Under the pieces are notes generated by a model. That model searched no databases. It was not told the origin of the DNA and saw only the letters and a program-made list of their open reading frames with translations. Positions 7,819 to 11,909 of a stretch of 11,909 bases of DNA are shown piece after piece. Each line of letters opens with the position of its first letter. The stretch's first letter is position 1. The translations under genes and the position numbers were made by a program. The stretch is from Chlamydiia bacterium (lineage in GTDB: Bacteria; Chlamydiota; Chlamydiia; Chlamydiales; Parachlamydiaceae), in assembly GCA_038257035.1 (NCBI GenBank), contig JBBSJT010000074.1, forward strand, positions 1-11,909, given 5' to 3'.

Positions 7819-7973
7819 ATGCCTTTAAGGGCAGAATAGATTTAAGAAAATGTTACTGTATTTCATTGTTTTTAGTTGATAGTATTCTGAATGCGTTGCA
7901 CCGCCCGTATAATGTTAAAGTAAAGAAAACTCGAAGGCATTAAAGCTCTTAACAATATTTAAGGGAAGAAATC

Positions 7974-8429
7974 ATGAAATTATCATTTTCAATATTCGCG
8001 AGTCTTATCTTTTTATTCACACTGATGTGTGTACAACATGCTGAAGCTGGGTTTTCTAATAATGGTCGAATGCAGTCAAAAAATCTCAATTTATCTATAG
8101 GTGGCACTCTAGATAATAATGGTGATTTGATTGGAAAGGAATCAGTAACCCTTTCATGTGACACTCTATCTGGAAATGGATTGATTTGCTCTCCACAAAT
8201 TTCCATAAAAACAAAGATTTTTGCTTATAATGGAACAATAGATTGCAGCGGTAAATGCACCATCACCACAAGTAGTCCTTTTGACGAAACAATGTTTAAA
8301 AGTCAGGGCGGTGGTGAATTCATTATTATTTTAGAAGAAAATAGAGTTAAAAACAGCTCTAAACAAGCGTTCAGAAGATCAACAAGCGAATATGAAATAA
8401 CGGACGAATTGTCAATGCAAGTTGAATAA
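7974..8429 (+). CDS. Exported hypothetical protein with haemagglutinin-like beta-helix-type repeats
   Basis: Signal peptide ending in AEA-G. Degenerate repeats about 20 aa apart: FSNNGRMQS, LDNNGDLIG, LSGNGLICS, FAYNGTIDC. Confidence 0.65.
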   Translation: MKLSFSIFASLIFLFTLMCVQHAEAGFSNNGRMQSKNLNLSIGGTLDNNGDLIGKESVTLSCDTLSGNGLICSPQISIKTKIFAYNGTIDCSGKCTITTSSPFDETMFKSQGGGEFIIILEENRVKNSSKQAFRRSTSEYEITDELSMQVE

Positions 8430-8503
8430 GCTTAAGGCTTGGTCTCTGTTCAAATCGACTTGAGACTTTTTTACCTATTTCTAGTAATACGTTGTTAAAA
8501 AAA

Positions 8504-8836
8504 TTAGACGTCTACAATGTTTTTATTACGGCGTCTAATGATTTTTTTATTTTTATAGACTGAAGATACAGGTTTATGGGTCTTTTCATTTTCTTCAACC
8601 CAAATATCATAATTTTGTTGAAGATTCAACCAAAGATGGGGAGTTGTATCGAAAGCTTCTGCTAAGCGAACTGCTATGGTAGGGGTGATATTAGCTTTTC
8701 CTGTCCTTATTCTAAAAAGAGTATTTCTTGAAATGTCAAGATTTAAAGCCAATTCTTCCAAATTTAAATTTAATTCTTTAATGTAAAGTTCATCAAGAAT
8801 AATTCCAGGGTGACTTGGCTTTCTATGTTTGATCAT
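8504..8836 (-). CDS. higA: HigA-family antitoxin (HTH_XRE)
   Basis: 'HPGIILDELY', HTH, 'ITPTIAVRLAEAFDTTPHLWLNLQQNYD'. ATG at 8836 follows an AGGAG RBS. Confidence 0.92.
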   Translation of the reverse strand: MIKHRKPSHPGIILDELYIKELNLNLEELALNLDISRNTLFRIRTGKANITPTIAVRLAEAFDTTPHLWLNLQQNYDIWVEENEKTHKPVSSVYKNKKIIRRRNKNIVDV

Positions 8837-8846
8837 TATCAATCTC

Positions 8847-9128
8847 CTAATGGTAATCAACTAAATCGACTTCGTATGCATCACCGTTTTCAAATTTAAA
8901 GATAATTGTCCAATTTCCATTCACGTGAACAGAATAAAAATCCTTTAAATCTCCCACTAATGAGTGAAAATTAGAACCTGGGAAATTCATATCTTCAACA
9001 GTATGCGCTCCTTCAAGTAAGTCTAATATTAAACCTATTTTAAAAGCGTAAGCTGGCTGAAAACCTGATTTATCACCGTTATAAAAAAATCTTTTAAGCC
9101 CTTTATGCCGAAATTTTTTTATAGCCAT
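8847..9128 (-). CDS. higB: HigB-like toxin (RelE/ParE superfamily mRNA interferase)
   Basis: 'IKKFRHKGLKRFF', 'FHSLVGDLKDFYSVHVNGNWTIIFKF' and terminal 'VDLVDYH'. Toxin-first gene order. ATG at 9128. Confidence 0.92.
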   Translation of the reverse strand: MAIKKFRHKGLKRFFYNGDKSGFQPAYAFKIGLILDLLEGAHTVEDMNFPGSNFHSLVGDLKDFYSVHVNGNWTIIFKFENGDAYEVDLVDYH

Positions 9129-9147
9129 CCAATAAACCCTACTTCTT

Positions 9148-9176
9148 AGTGTAATGCAAAAGATTACATAAGTCAA
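9148..9176 (-). promoter_or_regulatory. Sigma70-type higBA promoter with overlapping palindromic operator
   Basis: Minus strand TTGACT (9176-9171), 17-nt spacer, TACACT (9153-9148). The inverted repeat TGTAAT-N7-ATTACA (9150-9168) overlaps the spacer and -10. Confidence 0.75.
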
Positions 9177-9356
9177 ACTTAAAAGTACAACTTAATCAAT
9201 CTAAGAGCGAGCGGGTCTTATGTTTAATAAATTTACAATCCTTAACTGTCTAAAATTTAAACACCTAAAACATATTCAAAAAATTATTTCAATATACACA
9301 ACCGAACCCAATATGCTATTCTACTGTTTTAACTAAATTAATAAAAAAAGTTTTTT

Positions 9357-11909
9357 ATGAAATTACATTCTCCCTCTGAACTCATTAAATTTATGGAAAG
9401 ACCATACGCCTTATGGATGGATCGCTACGCTACTCACTTTCCTGAAAATTTGAATTTAAAAGATAAAACAGACGCACTTGCAAATATTTTGCAAAAAAGG
9501 GGATTGGATCATGAATTTCAACTTGAAGAATGGTTCAAAGAACAAGGATTAACTTTAATTAAAATTGAAGGCAAGAACGATACAGAAAAAAAAGAAGCCA
9601 CCATTCTAGCAATGAAACAAGGTTTTGATGTTATCGTTCAAGCGCGCCTTGAAACAACTAATTTTATGGGTTATTCCGACTTCCTAAATAAAGTTCCCGG
9701 CAAAAAGCCTTTTGGGGCAATACCATTACGAAGTATGGGACACGAAATTATCAAAACAGCTTAAACCTTCTTACGTCATTCAATTATGCTGTTACGCTGA
9801 AATGCTTGAAAGTATGCAAGGAGTACGACCGGAAAACATCGTTGTTGTTTTGGGTAATGGTGAAATCGAAAAATTAAGAACAAACGATTTTTACCATTAC
9901 TACCTTAAATTAAAAGAATCGTTCCTTATTGATCATGCCAATTTTGACCCAAATCAAAAGCCCGACCCTTCAGACTTTAAAGATTGGGGACACTGGTCTA
10001 CACACGCTGAACAACTATTAAAAGAACAAGACCATCTTTCTCAAATTGCTAATATCAGCCGTGGCCAGATTAAGAAACTTAATCAATCTGAAATTTATAC
10101 CATGCAAAACCTCATCGAAACAGATCTTCCACGCATCCCTAAATTAAACGACACAATCTTTAATACTTTAAAAAAACAAGCCAACATCCAAAAGATAAGC
10201 AGGGGAGTACCAAAACCGCACTTTCAAGTCATTCTTCCGACAGATAATGAAAAACAAGGCTTAGCATTATTACCCCCACCATCACCCCAAGATGTTTTCT
10301 TTGATATAGAAGGTTATCCTTTATATGAGGGTGGCTTGGAATACCTTTGGGGCTCTACTTATTTCAATGAAACAGGTGAGCGATTATTTAAAGATTTTTG
10401 GGCTCATGACCGCGAGCAAGAAAAACAAGCTTTTGAAGGCTTCATCCACTGGGTTTACAAACGTTGGCTGGCAGACCCTACCATGCATATTTACCACTAT
10501 GCCAATTACGAAATTGCTGCATGCCGAAAACTCATGGGGCGCTTTGGCGTTTGTGAGGAAGAAGTGGATCAACTATTACGTAATGAAGTTTTTGTCGATC
10601 TTTACAAAATTGTTAAAGGAAGCATTCTTCTAGGAGAACCTCGCTATTCAATCAAAAATGTGGAACGCCTCTACAGAGAAAAACGTAAGACTGAAGTTGG
10701 TAGTGGAGGGGATTCGGTAGCTGTTTACGCAAACTGGAGAGAGCTTCATGAATCAGGGGAGGAAGGAAAGACATGGGAAACTTCCCATATTTTAAAAAGC
10801 ATCCGAGATTACAACATCGATGACTGCGATTCCACACAAGAACTTGTCACATGGCTAAGAGACCTTCAAAAAGAACACAACATCACATACCTCGGGAAAA
10901 TTGAAGTTGAAACTCCCAAAATCAAAGAGGAATTCACAGAACGCACAGCCCTTCGAGATCGCCTGCTTGAAAAAGCAAAGAATAGCTCCCCATCAGAGGC
11001 TCAACTCCTTGAAAATCTCGCTTGGATACTGGAATTTCATAAAAGAGAATCAAAACCGCTATTTTGGCGCCTTTTTGATAGGCTCGGGGCAAGCCATGAA
11101 GAATTGTTTGATGATCACGAATGCTTAGCCTATTGTCAACGAACCTCAAAAGTTCCCTACAAACCCACTCCAAGATCAAAAAATCTTGCTTACGAATATC
11201 GCTTCGATCCTACGCAAGAATTTAAGGGTGCGAGTGAAAATTTTTATGTATTAGGGGAAATCAATAAAAAGGGCAATCGCTTTGATGTGACATATCTTGT
11301 CGAAGAAAGCAACCTCCAAGAGGGATTAATTATTCTACAATCAAGTGAGGAACCAAAACCATTAATAACTCTCATTCCTAACGAAAACGTAAAAACAGAC
11401 ATCATCGCTAACTCCATCACCCAATTTGTAAAAGATTTCGATGCCGGCCTCATCAAAAAATCAGCCATCCTGGATTTCCTTAATCGCTCAAAACCATCTA
11501 TTAAAGGCCACATTGACGGTCCAATTATAACTAACGAACAATATAAACTTGAACAAACTATACAAGCCGTTGAAAATCTAGATCATAGCTACCTAACAAT
11601 CCAAGGCCCTCCAGGAACCGGAAAAAGCTACACTGCAAAGCACATCATTGCAAAACTTGTTCAATCAGGCTACAAAATAGGCATTGCAAGTAATAGCCAT
11701 AAAGCAATTAATAATCTTCTCCTTGACACCGCTAAATATTGCCGTGAAGAAAACATCAAAGCCACCTTCGTTTGCACAAAAGATACCGAAAAAGCCCTTG
11801 CTGAACACGGAGTCCTTGTGACCAAAAATCCTAACCTCTCGGATCATCTCCAACCCGGTTGCGTTTTAGGATCGACTGCTTGGGGATTCTCAAATCCAAA
11901 AATGGCAGA
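9357..11909 (+). pseudogene. TM0106-family RecB-like nuclease / RNase H-like (DEDD) exonuclease / SF1 (UPF1/DNA2-like) helicase; +1 frameshift near 9702-9706; 3'-partial
   Basis: Frame 3 gives 'HSPSELIKF...GYSDFLNKVPGK'. Frame 1, translated by hand and open from 9688 to the window end, continues 'SLLGQYHYEVWDTKLSKQLKPSYVIQLCCY', then DHLSQIANI, FFDIEG (10297-10314), HIYHYANYE, FVDLY, YSIKNVE, YNIDD (10810-10824), Walker A QGPPGTGKS (11602-11628) and SNSHKAINNLL. Could be an intact gene with a sequencing error. Confidence 0.88.

Noticed and set aside
4665..8206. ORFs 4665-4865 (+), 6082-6276 (-) and 7949-8206 (-)
   Set aside because: Out-of-frame or antisense overlaps of well-supported genes, with no recognisable features.
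9357..9764. 135-aa ORF as a stand-alone gene, or as a classic programmed -1 frameshift
   Set aside because: It is the N-terminal part of the TM0106 gene. The required shift is +1, not -1, and no stimulatory structure was noticed.
10325..11853. Six short ORFs listed in the track (10325-10633, 10384-10572, 10652-10837, 10901-11128, 10934-11179, 11244-11513) plus 11665-11853
   Set aside because: All overlap the long frame-1 nuclease-helicase reading frame, which the track omitted because it has no stop inside the window.

Overview
AT-rich bacterial accessory region. The F-box gene, several orphan exported proteins and a short GGQ release-factor homologue suggest an amoeba-associated lineage such as environmental Chlamydiae (inference only). 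In order: a REP-like nested hairpin element; a translationally coupled 2H-phosphoesterase-like and GNAT pair (-); an ArfB/C12orf65-like peptidyl-tRNA hydrolase (+); a 59-bp near-perfect inverted repeat; an M42 aminopeptidase (-); three signal-peptide proteins (one NTF2/SnoaL-like) around a cluster of four hairpins; a DoxX and FAD/Rieske oxidoreductase pair (-); a minimal F-box protein; a small haemagglutinin-repeat-like exported protein; a higBA toxin-antitoxin operon with clear promoter and operator; and a large TM0106-family nuclease/exonuclease/SF1-helicase gene. The ORF track misses most of this last gene because it has a single +1 frameshift near 9702-9706 and runs off the window end. No rRNA, tRNA, CRISPR array or transposase was seen.
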